Below, piece by piece: positions 35,655 through 45,059 of a DNA stretch of 64,000 nucleotides. Both the position numbers and the translations under genes were made by a program. The stretch's first letter is position 1. Each line of letters begins with the position of its first letter. Under the pieces are notes generated by a model. The model saw nothing but the letters and a program-made list of their open reading frames with translations, had not been told where the DNA came from and made no database searches. Origin of the DNA: a virus; the IMG/VR virus record IMGVR_UViG_3300006028_000002, positions 1 to 64,000 of that record. One strand, 5' to 3'.

Positions 35655-36821
35655 CTAGGGCTGGTACATCCGGCCGCTGTTGATCCAACCCCGGGCCCGT
35701 GGCCAGCGCGTCGCCAGATGCAGCACGGTGCGCTGCCGCGCTCGATCCACCCGATTCTGCGGGGTCATGAAACGCATGGTGGCGGTCACGTCGCGCTGGT
35801 CACGCAGCAATGCCGGGATCCGTTGGGTGGTGTAGCTGCGCAGAATCTCGGGCGACATATCACCGGTGATCACCCGGGCCAGTCGCGGTGCCAGGCACGC
35901 TACGTCGGCAATACCTGAGTTGAGCCCGCGTGCCCCGAAAGGCGCTACCAGGTGCGCGGCGTCCCCGGCGAAAAACACACGCGGTCGGGTAGTGGGGTAG
36001 TGCAGTTGCGGGAGGAGCCGCTGGTGGAATCGGTAGACGGAGGACCACACGAGTCGGTACGGGATCGAGCCGAACAACTGATCCAGCTTGACGCGCGCCA
36101 AGGTGTCGATGACTTCCGGGTCGATACCGCGTCCCAGCTGCCAGTCAACTCGCCAGATGTTGCTGGGTTGGGGATGGATGAGCACGGTGGACCCCGGATG
36201 GCATGGGTGGTCGAAATGGAATCGCGGTTCAGCTGGCCAGTCGACTGCGGCACGCACGTCGGTGATGAGGAACTGATCGGGGTAGGAGGCCCCTGGAAAC
36301 GGCAGGCGCATTGCCTCGCGCATCGTGGAACGGCACCCATCGGCGGCCACCACGTAGCGGAAGTTACAGGTACGCAGTGAAGGATCGCCGGTATCGACGG
36401 CCAGCGTCACCGAGGCATCATCCACGCCGAGCCCGACCACCCGGCATCTCCAGCACAGCTCAATGAGTTCGGATGCCTCTGCCGCATCGAGCAGCAACGT
36501 CTCCAGCGCACTCTGCGGGTAGTTGGTCCACAGTGGCAGCTCACCCGGCGCCGGCTCGGGCAGGATCAGGGTGTGCACCTCGGCCTCGCGGTAGAAGGTG
36601 CGCCGTACCCGCCACGCAACGCCGCCCCCCACGATGAATGACGTCACCCCCAACGGTTCCCACGTCGTCAGGGCCGAGCGGTGCAGCGCGATGGCTCGGG
36701 AACCCACGCACCCCCGCTCGCCGGCATCCAGCACGGTGCTGGGCACCCCGCGGCGGGCCAGCTCCAGCGCCAGCGTCAACCCGACCGGACCTGCGCCGAC
36801 AATGCCCACGGGTGCGCTCAC
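35655..36821 (-). CDS. FAD-dependent monooxygenase (aromatic-ring hydroxylase, group A)
   Basis: GAGPVG, ADGCRS, FFAGDAAH..PFGARGLNSGIAD. Confidence 0.92.
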   Translation of the reverse strand: MSAPVGIVGAGPVGLTLALELARRGVPSTVLDAGERGCVGSRAIALHRSALTTWEPLGVTSFIVGGGVAWRVRRTFYREAEVHTLILPEPAPGELPLWTNYPQSALETLLLDAAEASELIELCWRCRVVGLGVDDASVTLAVDTGDPSLRTCNFRYVVAADGCRSTMREAMRLPFPGASYPDQFLITDVRAAVDWPAEPRFHFDHPCHPGSTVLIHPQPSNIWRVDWQLGRGIDPEVIDTLARVKLDQLFGSIPYRLVWSSVYRFHQRLLPQLHYPTTRPRVFFAGDAAHLVAPFGARGLNSGIADVACLAPRLARVITGDMSPEILRSYTTQRIPALLRDQRDVTATMRFMTPQNRVDRARQRTVLHLATRWPRARGWINSGRMYQP

Positions 36822-37008
36822 GGCGCGGGAGCATAGCGGTGCGTTTATCAGCCACTACCCGGTGTGGCGTGCGCACGTCTTAAAGTCCGGTTAGGGGGAT
36901 CTTAGTGCTGACTTAGTCCTGACCGCGTGCGCACGGCTAAGCCTCGGTTTCGTCACTTTTCCACAACCTCATCGTTAGTCGGGCACCCGGTGCTCGGGAG
37001 GGGGATTC

Positions 37009-38340
37009 ATGGCTTACCGTCGCAGCTTTCGCATCGCCGCAGCCCTGCTGGCGTGTCTGGGACTACTGTCTTGCACCCCGGCGAACGTGCGCAGCTACCG
37101 ACCGGCCGCCGCAGCGGCCCCCACATTCGATCACGTTCTGTACTGGGATTCGGTGCTGCTCGATGCCTTCCGCCGAGCCGGCGGTCCCCCCACCACGCTC
37201 ACCCGAGCCGCCGCGATCATGCATGTGGCCATGTACGATGCCGCCAATTCGATCACTCCGATCGGCACCCCGTACCTGGCCCGTTATCCGGGTGGGGGCA
37301 GTCTGGACGCCGAGATGGACCGGGCGGCCTACGACAGTTTGCGCGGCGTGTTCCCCGACCAGGACATGCTCACCCCCTATCTGCTCGCCCAGCCGGCCAA
37401 CTCGACAACCCTGCTGGCCAGTGACAGCCCGGGTGCGCGCTCGGCTGCCGCGGTGCTTGCCAACCGATTCGATGACGGCGGCAACGCGCCCATGACCTAT
37501 GCCGCGGTGCAGTCCCCCGGGCATTGGCGACCCACCGGATCCGGCGAGGCAGCCAGTCCCGAGTGGGGCAGCGTCAAACCGTGGACCATGACCGCTGCCG
37601 ACCAGTTCCGGCCACCCGATCCGCTCGGGTACAGCGATGGTGCGGCGATGCTGCGCAGCAAGGCGTACGCCGATCAGGTACGCGAGGTATCAAGTCTAGG
37701 TCGGTGGAACTCAACTACTCGAACGGCTGACCAGACCAACATCGCGCGGTTTTGGGCGGAGGATGTCGACGGCACCGAGAAGCCCCCCGGCCAGCTGTTG
37801 GCTTTTACCCAGATCATCGCGCGTAATCACGGCTTGACCGAGGCACAGAACGCCCGGCTGTTCGCGCTGACATCAATGGGCCTGGCCGATGCGGCGATCA
37901 CCGCCTGGCAGCGCAAGTACTACTCGCCGCTCAACGTATGGCGGCCCGAGACGGCGATCCAGCAGGCCGACCTTGACGACAATCCGGCCACCGTCGCCGA
38001 CCGGGACTGGCACCCGCTATCGAGCGATGCCAATGGCGTGCCGTTCACCCCACCTTTCCCCAGCTACACGTCCGGGCATTCCACCATGGGCGGTGCCTGG
38101 TCAGCGGTGATGGACGGTTTCTTTGGTACCGACCGGGATAGTTTCATCGGCACCAGCGATGACATCCACTGCATTGGCTGCACCCGGGTGTACGGAAGCT
38201 ACACGCAGGCCGGATTCGAGGACGCCATCAGCCGGGTCTTCAACGGCGTTCATTACAAAATGGATTGTATCGAGGGTTACAATTCTGGGCGCAAGGTGGG
38301 GGCGTGGACGGTCAATCGCTACCTGCTGCCAGCTCGTTAG
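37009..38340 (+). CDS. vanadium-dependent haloperoxidase / PAP2-family lipoprotein
   Basis: Lipobox LLSC; WQRKYY...WRP, PFPSYTSGH, SRVFNGVHY. Confidence 0.88.
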   Translation: MAYRRSFRIAAALLACLGLLSCTPANVRSYRPAAAAAPTFDHVLYWDSVLLDAFRRAGGPPTTLTRAAAIMHVAMYDAANSITPIGTPYLARYPGGGSLDAEMDRAAYDSLRGVFPDQDMLTPYLLAQPANSTTLLASDSPGARSAAAVLANRFDDGGNAPMTYAAVQSPGHWRPTGSGEAASPEWGSVKPWTMTAADQFRPPDPLGYSDGAAMLRSKAYADQVREVSSLGRWNSTTRTADQTNIARFWAEDVDGTEKPPGQLLAFTQIIARNHGLTEAQNARLFALTSMGLADAAITAWQRKYYSPLNVWRPETAIQQADLDDNPATVADRDWHPLSSDANGVPFTPPFPSYTSGHSTMGGAWSAVMDGFFGTDRDSFIGTSDDIHCIGCTRVYGSYTQAGFEDAISRVFNGVHYKMDCIEGYNSGRKVGAWTVNRYLLPAR

Positions 38341-38929
38341 TGCTCCCCATGATGGCCTGATAGTACCGATCTGAGATGGCTTGACGATCGTACGGGTTAC
38401 CACGTTTCTTAGCCCAGTGCACTGTGTAGCGTGTCTTCTCACATGCTAGACACTCCCGATGATTATTTTTCAGTGCTTGAGGCGATAGATTGGGCGCGCG
38501 TAATGCATGACCGTATGGGCAGTGTGTGCGCTTCTGCATATGATGCTTGCCATTACGGGACCGGTCGCGCATGTTGTCGGCACGAGTGCCCCAGTACAGG
38601 TTTGTGTCCACGTTGTTTTCTGGATCGTCGTCTCGATGGCAACTTTCGTGGTTATCGGGGCATGGGCCCACGAAGGCTGTCAACACGAGAACATGAACTA
38701 GGCAGCATGTACGTTCTCCAGCGACACACAAAGATACTCGTTGGTGTGCGGTTTGTTTGTTTGCGTACGCCTTGAGTACTCGGCCTGGGCGTAGTGATGT
38801 CTGGTCACAGTGCGGGTTGTAAACCATCCGATCCAAGCTGCGGACACGGCCGAGGTTTGATACCTCATAGAATCCCTCGAAACCGACAACAGGTAGCCAG
38901 CGCTCGATCACACTGCTAAGATCTTCCAC
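38312..38929 (-). CDS. NUMOD4-HNH homing endonuclease
   Basis: ERWLPVVGFEGFYEVSNLGRVRS; VHVLVLTAFVGP..CHRDDDPENN..NLYWGT; THCPYGH. Confidence 0.92.
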   Translation of the reverse strand: MEDLSSVIERWLPVVGFEGFYEVSNLGRVRSLDRMVYNPHCDQTSLRPGRVLKAYANKQTAHQRVSLCVAGERTCCLVHVLVLTAFVGPCPDNHESCHRDDDPENNVDTNLYWGTRADNMRDRSRNGKHHMQKRTHCPYGHALRAPNLSPQALKNNHRECLACEKTRYTVHWAKKRGNPYDRQAISDRYYQAIMGSTNELAAGSD

Positions 38930-38964
38930 GTTCGACTCCCAGAAGTCGGATCACTGCCCTGGGC

Positions 38965-39198
38965 TTGTTAGCGCAAGCGCCGGGGCACCTAACTCTGACC
39001 GTAGCAGAGGTCGGTGGTTTAGTGCTCGACTGGGATGACGCCGAGTTGGCCCGCAAGATTCGGGAGTGGGCGATGCGTGCCCGTCCCAACGCTGCCGCAC
39101 TACGCCGGGTCTGCGCCGAGTTCGAGCTGACCGAGCTGGCCGATGAGCTGCTCGCCGAGCGCGCTGCCGAGCAACCCGAGCTGGAGACCTCCGCCTGA
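38965..39198 (+). CDS. hypothetical protein
   Basis: High-GC3 helical ORF; start uncertain. Confidence 0.4.
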   Translation: MLAQAPGHLTLTVAEVGGLVLDWDDAELARKIREWAMRARPNAAALRRVCAEFELTELADELLAERAAEQPELETSA

Positions 39199-39307
39199 TT
39201 GGCGCCTTTCCTCCCGCTATATGCCCGTGGCTGAAGGCTGCGCTGCCACCAGCGCTGCTCCATTAGCGTGAATCTTGCAACGCGTAGCCCGTACCTGGTC
39301 AGAGGGC

Positions 39308-39336
39308 TTGTAAAACGTAACCAGTCGCAGTACAGT
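39308..39336 (+). promoter_or_regulatory. sigma-A type promoter
   Basis: TTGTAA-N17-TACAGT. Confidence 0.65.
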
Positions 39337-39342
39337 AAAGGT

Positions 39343-39590
39343 ACAACAGAAAATGAGAAAAGCCGAAAGGCCCCCAGTCCCTTAACAACTCAAAAGGTTC
39401 CCGATCACCGGAAGCATCGGGGGTGTGCGGGTAGCTAACGTGAACTGGACCCGCCCAGCACACCAGCTGAGATCCCGCTCCGGCTAGCCCCCCTGAACCA
39501 CACCCGCTCGAAACGCGCAACTATTAGCCCGGACAAACACGGGAAGCATCTAGACGCAGCCGAGAGCGGGTCCACCTAAACATTCAACGC
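39343..39590 (+). ncRNA. candidate structured RNA or long 5' leader
   Basis: GCC-GAAA-GGC; CCCGAT/ATCGGG; GGTGTGC/GCACACC with GCGGGT/ACCCGC; CCCGCTC-CGGCT/AGCCG-A-GAGCGGG; CCCG/CGGG; no convincing ORF. Confidence 0.5.
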
Positions 39591-39606
39591 TTAGAATCGA
39601 GACATC

Positions 39607-39780
39607 ATGACTACCGCCTATCGGGTGATAGCTAAAGCTAGGCGCGGATATGATATCCCTGACTGGTACAGCAGTAAGTCTTGTACTTGGGATCAAGCAC
39701 AGCAGCTAGTGGAAAAACTACACCAATGGTGCGATGACCCGGCAATCCTCACGATCAATATCAAAGAATGCACCGAATAG
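39607..39780 (+). CDS. small hypothetical protein (57 aa)
   Basis: My translation MTTAYRVIAKARRGYDIPDW...; starts in an 18-bp repeat. Confidence 0.55.
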   Translation: MTTAYRVIAKARRGYDIPDWYSSKSCTWDQAQQLVEKLHQWCDDPAILTINIKECTE

Positions 39781-39799
39781 TACTAAGAATCGAGACATC

Positions 39800-40006
39800 A
39801 TGAGGTCTACACAGATATATCGAATCCGCATCGATCAAATAGAACCTAGCCTAGTTCGCACCCAGGTGGAAGCCTGGCGAGTGGCTGCAAATTCTCAAGA
39901 TGAGGCATTTGCTATCGGCCAACGCTACTGGACTGAGTGGATGCATCAGCATCCGGGTACGATCAGCTCATTGAGTATCAATCAGCCAAGTCACAGTGAG
40001 ATGTAA
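39800..40006 (+). CDS. small hypothetical protein
   Basis: Starts in the second copy of the 18-bp repeat. Confidence 0.55.
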   Translation: MRSTQIYRIRIDQIEPSLVRTQVEAWRVAANSQDEAFAIGQRYWTEWMHQHPGTISSLSINQPSHSEM

Positions 40007-40034
40007 GATTGCTCGATAGGGAGATAGATCATAC

Positions 40035-40232
40035 ATGGCACATCTCGTTTTCATGGCCCTGCGATCGGAACAACACATTGATATGGGTGGTTCCTGCGGC
40101 CACACTTCACCGGACGGTTTCTTTGATGATTGTCTGTGCCGAGATGGTTGGTACATTCCGGCCGGCATCGAAGACGGGTACACCGCAGGTTACTGCGACC
40201 GTAACCACACATATGATAATGCTCCGTTTTAA
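40035..40232 (+). CDS. small Cys-containing protein
   Basis: GGGAG RBS. Confidence 0.45.
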   Translation: MAHLVFMALRSEQHIDMGGSCGHTSPDGFFDDCLCRDGWYIPAGIEDGYTAGYCDRNHTYDNAPF

Positions 40233-40426
40233 TAAGAAACCAAGAACGGAGTAATCATGAGCACGATGCCGACCGGCCAGCCCAATCCCCATCCGTCCGG
40301 GCTGGCCTGGTATCGGCTGCGCTCCGGTGAGTGGGTGCAAGCCGCTGCTGACGATCCGCGCTGGATGAAAGGCGCCACCCGCAACCATAGACGCAAGTCC
40401 CCCCGCAAAGCAAAGCGAGATGATCG

Positions 40427-40621
40427 ATGACTGATCCCACCCTGCCCCGCGTGTTCGTCAAAAGTACGGGCCGCTGGGAATACCAGAAGATCTGCGCTAA
40501 CCCGGACTGCCCGGTGCGGACGTTCACCTCATTCCGCCGGGACACCAAATACCACCACGTGAACTGCCGTATGGCCGCATCCCGGCGACGGCGCGCGGAG
40601 AATCACCCGAACAGCACGTAA
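40427..40621 (+). CDS. small zinc-finger protein
   Basis: CANPDC..F...YHHVNCR..ASRRR. Confidence 0.6.
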   Translation: MTDPTLPRVFVKSTGRWEYQKICANPDCPVRTFTSFRRDTKYHHVNCRMAASRRRRAENHPNST

Positions 40622-40748
40622 CACCCAGACCTCGCCATCCGATAAGGATCCTCCTGCGCCCCCTGGTATCGGCGTGCGCACGGCTACATAGTCTTGTCGG
40701 TGGCAGCGCTCGTCAGGCAGCGCCCCCAACCCCCTCGGAGATGACCCC

Positions 40749-41414
40749 ATGACCAGCACCGACACCCTCACCCGCGAGCGTTGGCTAGAGCTCGCGATCG
40801 ACACCTACTGGCGCCCCCGGTTCGCCGAGCTCGGCTACCCCCTGCCCGAGCGCTTTCACGTCTCGGTGGGTTTCGGCCACGGCGCCAAGCGGGAATCCGC
40901 GAACATCGAGGCGCAGTGCTGGTCCCGCACGGCCAGCGCCGATGCCGTCAACCACATTTTCATCTGCCCCACCGTGGCCAGCACCACACACGTACTCGCC
41001 CTGCTGGGCCATGAGCTGGCGCACGCCGCGCTCGATTCGGATGCCGGGATCCAGGACGGCCACGTAAAGCGGTTCGCCGCGATCATGACGCAGCTCGGTT
41101 TCGAGGGTCCGATGACCTCAACGCAGACCACCGCGGAGCTGGAGGTAGACCTGGTGATCGTGGCCACCGAGCTGGGCGACTACCCGCACGGCGCGCTTGA
41201 TGTCACCCGGGCCCGCACCCGCACCGAGGTACCGGTGCCCCGCGGTGGTGGCGGTGGCGGTCCCAAAATCCGCACCGGTCCCCCGCCGCAGCGCTCGCGC
41301 CGCATCAAGTGCGAATGCCCGTGCTGCGGGTACGCGGTCGACACGACGCGAAAGTGGATCGCCCTCGGTGCGCCGCGCTGCCCAGGTGGCACCGAAATGT
41401 TGATCCTCAGCTGA
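40749..41414 (+). CDS. SprT-like zinc metallopeptidase with C-terminal zinc ribbon
   Basis: HELAH...GH..F; CECPCC...PRC. Confidence 0.8.
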   Translation: MTSTDTLTRERWLELAIDTYWRPRFAELGYPLPERFHVSVGFGHGAKRESANIEAQCWSRTASADAVNHIFICPTVASTTHVLALLGHELAHAALDSDAGIQDGHVKRFAAIMTQLGFEGPMTSTQTTAELEVDLVIVATELGDYPHGALDVTRARTRTEVPVPRGGGGGGPKIRTGPPPQRSRRIKCECPCCGYAVDTTRKWIALGAPRCPGGTEMLILS

Positions 41415-41562
41415 ATCAACCTCCTAAGAGATGAGAAACGCATGATCCATATCATCATCCCCCCTGTCCTTGTCCTCATCGTGGCCTACCTACTGCTCGT
41501 GCATTTTGCGCCCGGGATTCCCTGGGCCACCTTCCTTTTTAGTCACTAAGAAACCAGGAGTT

Positions 41563-41751
41563 ATGGAAGACGACAAACCCACCACTAAGCGCTACACCGC
41601 CGGATTTGTACCAGACGATTATGTGAGACCGGAAATGGGTGTCTGGGAAACCCCCGACTGGGTACAGCAGGCCACTTTTCAGCCCGATGGCGTGCGCACC
41701 GGCTCAGACGGTCGGCTGCTCACCGAGGGTTGCACCGGATTTGGAGGATGA
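41563..41751 (+). CDS. hypothetical protein
   Basis: AGGAG before MEDDKP. Confidence 0.5.
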   Translation: MEDDKPTTKRYTAGFVPDDYVRPEMGVWETPDWVQQATFQPDGVRTGSDGRLLTEGCTGFGG

Positions 41752-41755
41752 GTGA

Positions 41756-41947
41756 ATGAGTAAACCCAACAGCAACGATGAGACCGCAGTTGTGCAAGAG
41801 CGGTTTGTGATCCATGTCTGCGTCCCCCTGCCCGCGTCGGATCAGGTCATGCACGTACGCGGGAAGTTGAAAGAATTGATCGGTGACGCCGTAGCGGCTG
41901 CGGTATGGAACTCCTACGGCGAAAGGTCAGAGGTGATAGTCCGATGA
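41756..41947 (+). CDS. hypothetical protein
   Basis: GGAGG RBS. Confidence 0.55.
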   Translation: MSKPNSNDETAVVQERFVIHVCVPLPASDQVMHVRGKLKELIGDAVAAAVWNSYGERSEVIVR

Positions 41948-42276
41948 GTAATCTGATTGACGTCGATATCGAGATCGGGGAACAGTCCGTCTATGACGAG
42001 CGCCGGGTAGCACTGCGAATCAGCGGCACCGAGTCAATGCCCGCGCAGCCTAGTGGCCGTTTTCAGCCGCACGGCATCATCATCGTGTACGGCAAGCCGC
42101 GCGGTGAGCAGTGGCGCTGCATCCGGGTGGAAGTGTACGGACCCAAATTAAAGACCGGTGGTGGTTATTCTGCCACGATCGCAAAAACCGTCTGGTGCGG
42201 CCATGACGACATGCCGAACTGGGTACACGGTTTCGTGGGCAAATACTGGCCGCTGCAAGATCACGGAGGAAGATGA
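41944..42276 (+). CDS. hypothetical protein
   Basis: ATGA overlap; last gene of the rightward block. Confidence 0.6.
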   Translation: MSNLIDVDIEIGEQSVYDERRVALRISGTESMPAQPSGRFQPHGIIIVYGKPRGEQWRCIRVEVYGPKLKTGGGYSATIAKTVWCGHDDMPNWVHGFVGKYWPLQDHGGR

Positions 42277-42381
42277 CGCGCCATGCAAACCGTCCAGGAT
42301 GCGAAGACGTCCCCCGGTCAGGTTTCGGACCGACTGCTCTGACCCGACCGGGGGTCTCCCATCCACAGAGAGGCACCCATG

Positions 42382-43680
42382 CTACCCGGTGGGGGCCTTC
42401 ACCCGGGGTCGCAGTACCAGCAGGGCATCATCCCGCGGGCCCCGGGTCATGATGTAGCGGCCAGGGGGGATGGCCGGGGCCCCTGGTGGGCGAGCCCAGT
42501 CCTCAAACCGCTGGAGGGTTTGCGCCAGCACCAGCGTGCCGATCATCAACGCCATGTCTTTGCCGATGCAGGACCGCTTACCCGAGCCGAACGGCTGCCA
42601 CGTGGCCCGCTGGCCAGCGCTGAGCGAAGCGCGGAACCGGGTCGGGTCAAACGTCTCCGGATCCTGCCACGCCCGTGGATTGCGCCCGAGCGCGTGCGGC
42701 ACCAGGAAAATCTGATCCCCGGGCCGCAGCTCGAATTCACCGAGCTGGGTGGCTGCGGCGACGTTGCGGAAAAACGCCGGGAATGACGGGTGCAGTCGCA
42801 GGGTCTCAGTCAGCACCGCCGCGGTGAACTCCAGCCGGGGCAACTGCTCGACGCGCGGTGGTTCGGTGCCGCAGACCTCGGCCACCTCCCAGTACAGGTC
42901 GTTGCGCAGCCCGGGGTCGGCTGCCAGGTACAGGCACGCCCAGGCCATCGCGGACGAACTCGACTCGTACCCGCCGAGCAGCAGGATCACCACCTGGTCG
43001 TGGATCTGCTCGGCGCTCAGAGGGGGCTCGGCGGTGTACATCCGCCACAACAGATCCTCGCCCGGACCCTGCTCCCAGCGCTCGGCCAGCAGTCGCGCCA
43101 CCTCGGCATGCAGCGCAGCCGTAGCGCGTCGGTATTCCCGGGCCGCCGGCAGCCACAGGGGCAGAAACACTCGATCGGCCATGGTGCCGAACACCGGTTG
43201 CGTCAGCTCAATGAGCCGGTGCAGCCGGGCGCCGGAGCCGAACAGGTGCCGCAGCAACACCTCCAGATTGAGCGCCCGCAGCTCGGTGGCCAGCGGGATG
43301 GGTAGTGCGGTGTTCCAGGTGTCCATCCGGGCGCCCCAGAGCTCTACAGAGGACTCGACGGCGCCGCGCAGCCCCTCCCGGGTAAACGAGGGATTCATCA
43401 ACCCCCGGATGCGTCGCCATTCGCCCGGGTCGTTGGTGGTGAAGATCGCGTGTGCGCCCACCGGCTGGCGAATCGTGGCGTAGATGGGGCCGCCTTTGTC
43501 GAACGCCTCCGCGGAATACCCGGTGAGCACTTGGCGGTACAGGCCCGGGTCGGAGACCACCCACCAGGACCGCCGGCCCGGAATCGGCAGCCGGGCGATG
43601 CCGCCCCCGACGATGGCCGCCGCGGTGAGGTACTCGGTGGGATCCCGGTACCGCAGGCTTTTGGCCAGCTCGCGCAGCAT
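42382..43680 (-). CDS. cytochrome P450
   Basis: WRRIR (C-helix), GGYESS (I-helix), ETLR (ExxR), FDPTRF, FGSGKRSCIG (heme Cys). Confidence 0.96.
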   Translation of the reverse strand: MLRELAKSLRYRDPTEYLTAAAIVGGGIARLPIPGRRSWWVVSDPGLYRQVLTGYSAEAFDKGGPIYATIRQPVGAHAIFTTNDPGEWRRIRGLMNPSFTREGLRGAVESSVELWGARMDTWNTALPIPLATELRALNLEVLLRHLFGSGARLHRLIELTQPVFGTMADRVFLPLWLPAAREYRRATAALHAEVARLLAERWEQGPGEDLLWRMYTAEPPLSAEQIHDQVVILLLGGYESSSSAMAWACLYLAADPGLRNDLYWEVAEVCGTEPPRVEQLPRLEFTAAVLTETLRLHPSFPAFFRNVAAATQLGEFELRPGDQIFLVPHALGRNPRAWQDPETFDPTRFRASLSAGQRATWQPFGSGKRSCIGKDMALMIGTLVLAQTLQRFEDWARPPGAPAIPPGRYIMTRGPRDDALLVLRPRVKAPTG

Positions 43681-43703
43681 GAGCGTGAACCCTACCGGAG
43701 ACG

Positions 43704-43744
43704 CAAAAAGACCCCCATCTCCCGTGCGCAGGGAAATGGGGGCC
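43704..43744 (-). terminator. intrinsic terminator immediately upstream of the P450
   Basis: Minus strand GGCCCCCATTTCCC-loop-GGGAGATGGGGGTC followed by TTTTT. Confidence 0.7.
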
Positions 43745-43844
43745 TCGGTGGGGGTGTCTTCAGTTGTGGGAGGAGAACATTCTCGGAACCGTCGTGCTCA
43801 GCGATGGTGGCCGGCCCTGGAAGCCTGACCGGCCGAGGCAAAGC

Positions 43845-44084
43845 CTACACCAGCGCCAGCACCAGCCGGATAGCGATCGCGGTCAGTGCCGCTGCGGTCA
43901 GGCAGGCCAGGCACATCCGGGGGGCCGGCGTGCGCACGCGGTGCCGGGCGGTCTCCGGTGAGCGGGTCAGCGCCAGCGTGTAGGCCGAGCGCAACCCGGG
44001 GTCGGAGAGCATTGCCCAGGTGATGACGGTTGCGGCGGATGGGCCGGTGCCAGCACGGCGTTTGCGCGGGGTCCGGGCGCTCAC
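43845..44084 (-). CDS. small membrane-anchored protein
   Basis: Basic N-terminus, C-terminal TM. Confidence 0.45.
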   Translation of the reverse strand: MSARTPRKRRAGTGPSAATVITWAMLSDPGLRSAYTLALTRSPETARHRVRTPAPRMCLACLTAAALTAIAIRLVLALV

Positions 44085-44180
44085 GTTCAGCAGAGGTTAG
44101 TGGCCAGGTAAGTTTTCGGTAATAAGCGCAGCGTAGTGCACCCGTTAGCTGCGTGATGCACGTGCCGATGTGCTGTGCGG

Positions 44181-44687
44181 TTACTTGCGGTGCCGGCCCC
44201 CGGTGCTGGCGGGTGTCCGGGTGCGGATGCCCACGGTTGCGGTAACTCTGCCGGGTCGCTGCCCGTTCGGCCTAGTCACGGAGAGCACCAGCGCGCCCAG
44301 CAGCGCCACCAGCCCGGCGGTGCGGGCCGGGTCCAGGTATTCGCGCATCGAGGTGTGCGAGCCCACCACCACCGCGCCGAGCACCACCACTGCGGCGACC
44401 AGCCAGATTTTGGCGACCAGCCAGCGGGGGCAGCCGCGCGCCTGGTACGGCCGGGCCAACACCGCGCCCGAGCCCACGGTGGCCGCCGCGCAGGGGATCA
44501 GCACCGCCCACTGCACGGTGTGCATCAGGTTGTTGAGCGCGCCCAGCGCGGGGGCATCCACCGGCCAGGTAGCCAGTCCCAGATCGAGCGCGAGCGCGGC
44601 GGCCAACACGCCCATCCAGCCCACCATGCCGATCAGATGCACGGTGAGCCAGATGGCGCGCCGCCCCCTCCCCAGCGGACGTGTCAT
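44181..44687 (-). CDS. 4-TM membrane protein (DUF2269-like)
   Basis: WLTVHLIGMVGWMG, SG..L, WLVAK, LSVTRP. Confidence 0.7.
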   Translation of the reverse strand: MTRPLGRGRRAIWLTVHLIGMVGWMGVLAAALALDLGLATWPVDAPALGALNNLMHTVQWAVLIPCAAATVGSGAVLARPYQARGCPRWLVAKIWLVAAVVVLGAVVVGSHTSMREYLDPARTAGLVALLGALVLSVTRPNGQRPGRVTATVGIRTRTPASTGGRHRK

Positions 44688-44735
44688 GTCGAGCTAACGA
44701 AAAAACTGTCCTGGGGTTACGAGCAAGCGAGGCCA

Positions 44736-45059
44736 TCAGCGCAATCCAGCCAGCACGATAAGCGGTAACGCTGCCCATTCTTGTGCAATCGTATACTCTC
44801 TTTGCTCGGGAGAGTATTCATGCGGAGGCGAGCAACTTGACCGAACCAAACTACCGTCATTGATGTGCTTGCCAACTACGCAGATAGTTGGATACATACT
44901 GATCTTGACACCAACCCGGCCAAAAGCCATGACATACAACGGATCTACATAATCAAGCTGTTTCCACACCGAGAGCGTTACTTGCCGAGATCCAACCATG
45001 AGCACGCGTACTTCCGCAGTGAGCACCTCAACGGTGGCCGTGTTCGTCTGTGTAGGCAT
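44736..45059 (-). CDS. hypothetical phage protein
   Basis: VLMVGSRQVTLSVWKQLD; lower GC. Confidence 0.65.
   Translation of the reverse strand: MPTQTNTATVEVLTAEVRVLMVGSRQVTLSVWKQLDYVDPLYVMAFGRVGVKISMYPTICVVGKHINDGSLVRSSCSPPHEYSPEQREYTIAQEWAALPLIVLAGLR

Noticed and set aside
39343-39590. tRNA or tmRNA
   Set aside because: No T-loop GTTC motif, cloverleaf or tag reading frame recognised.
35655-44687. Host chromosome flank (prophage boundary)
   Set aside because: The enzymes are interleaved with phage-type small genes and an HNH, lie between early and lysis genes, and no integrase or att site is visible.
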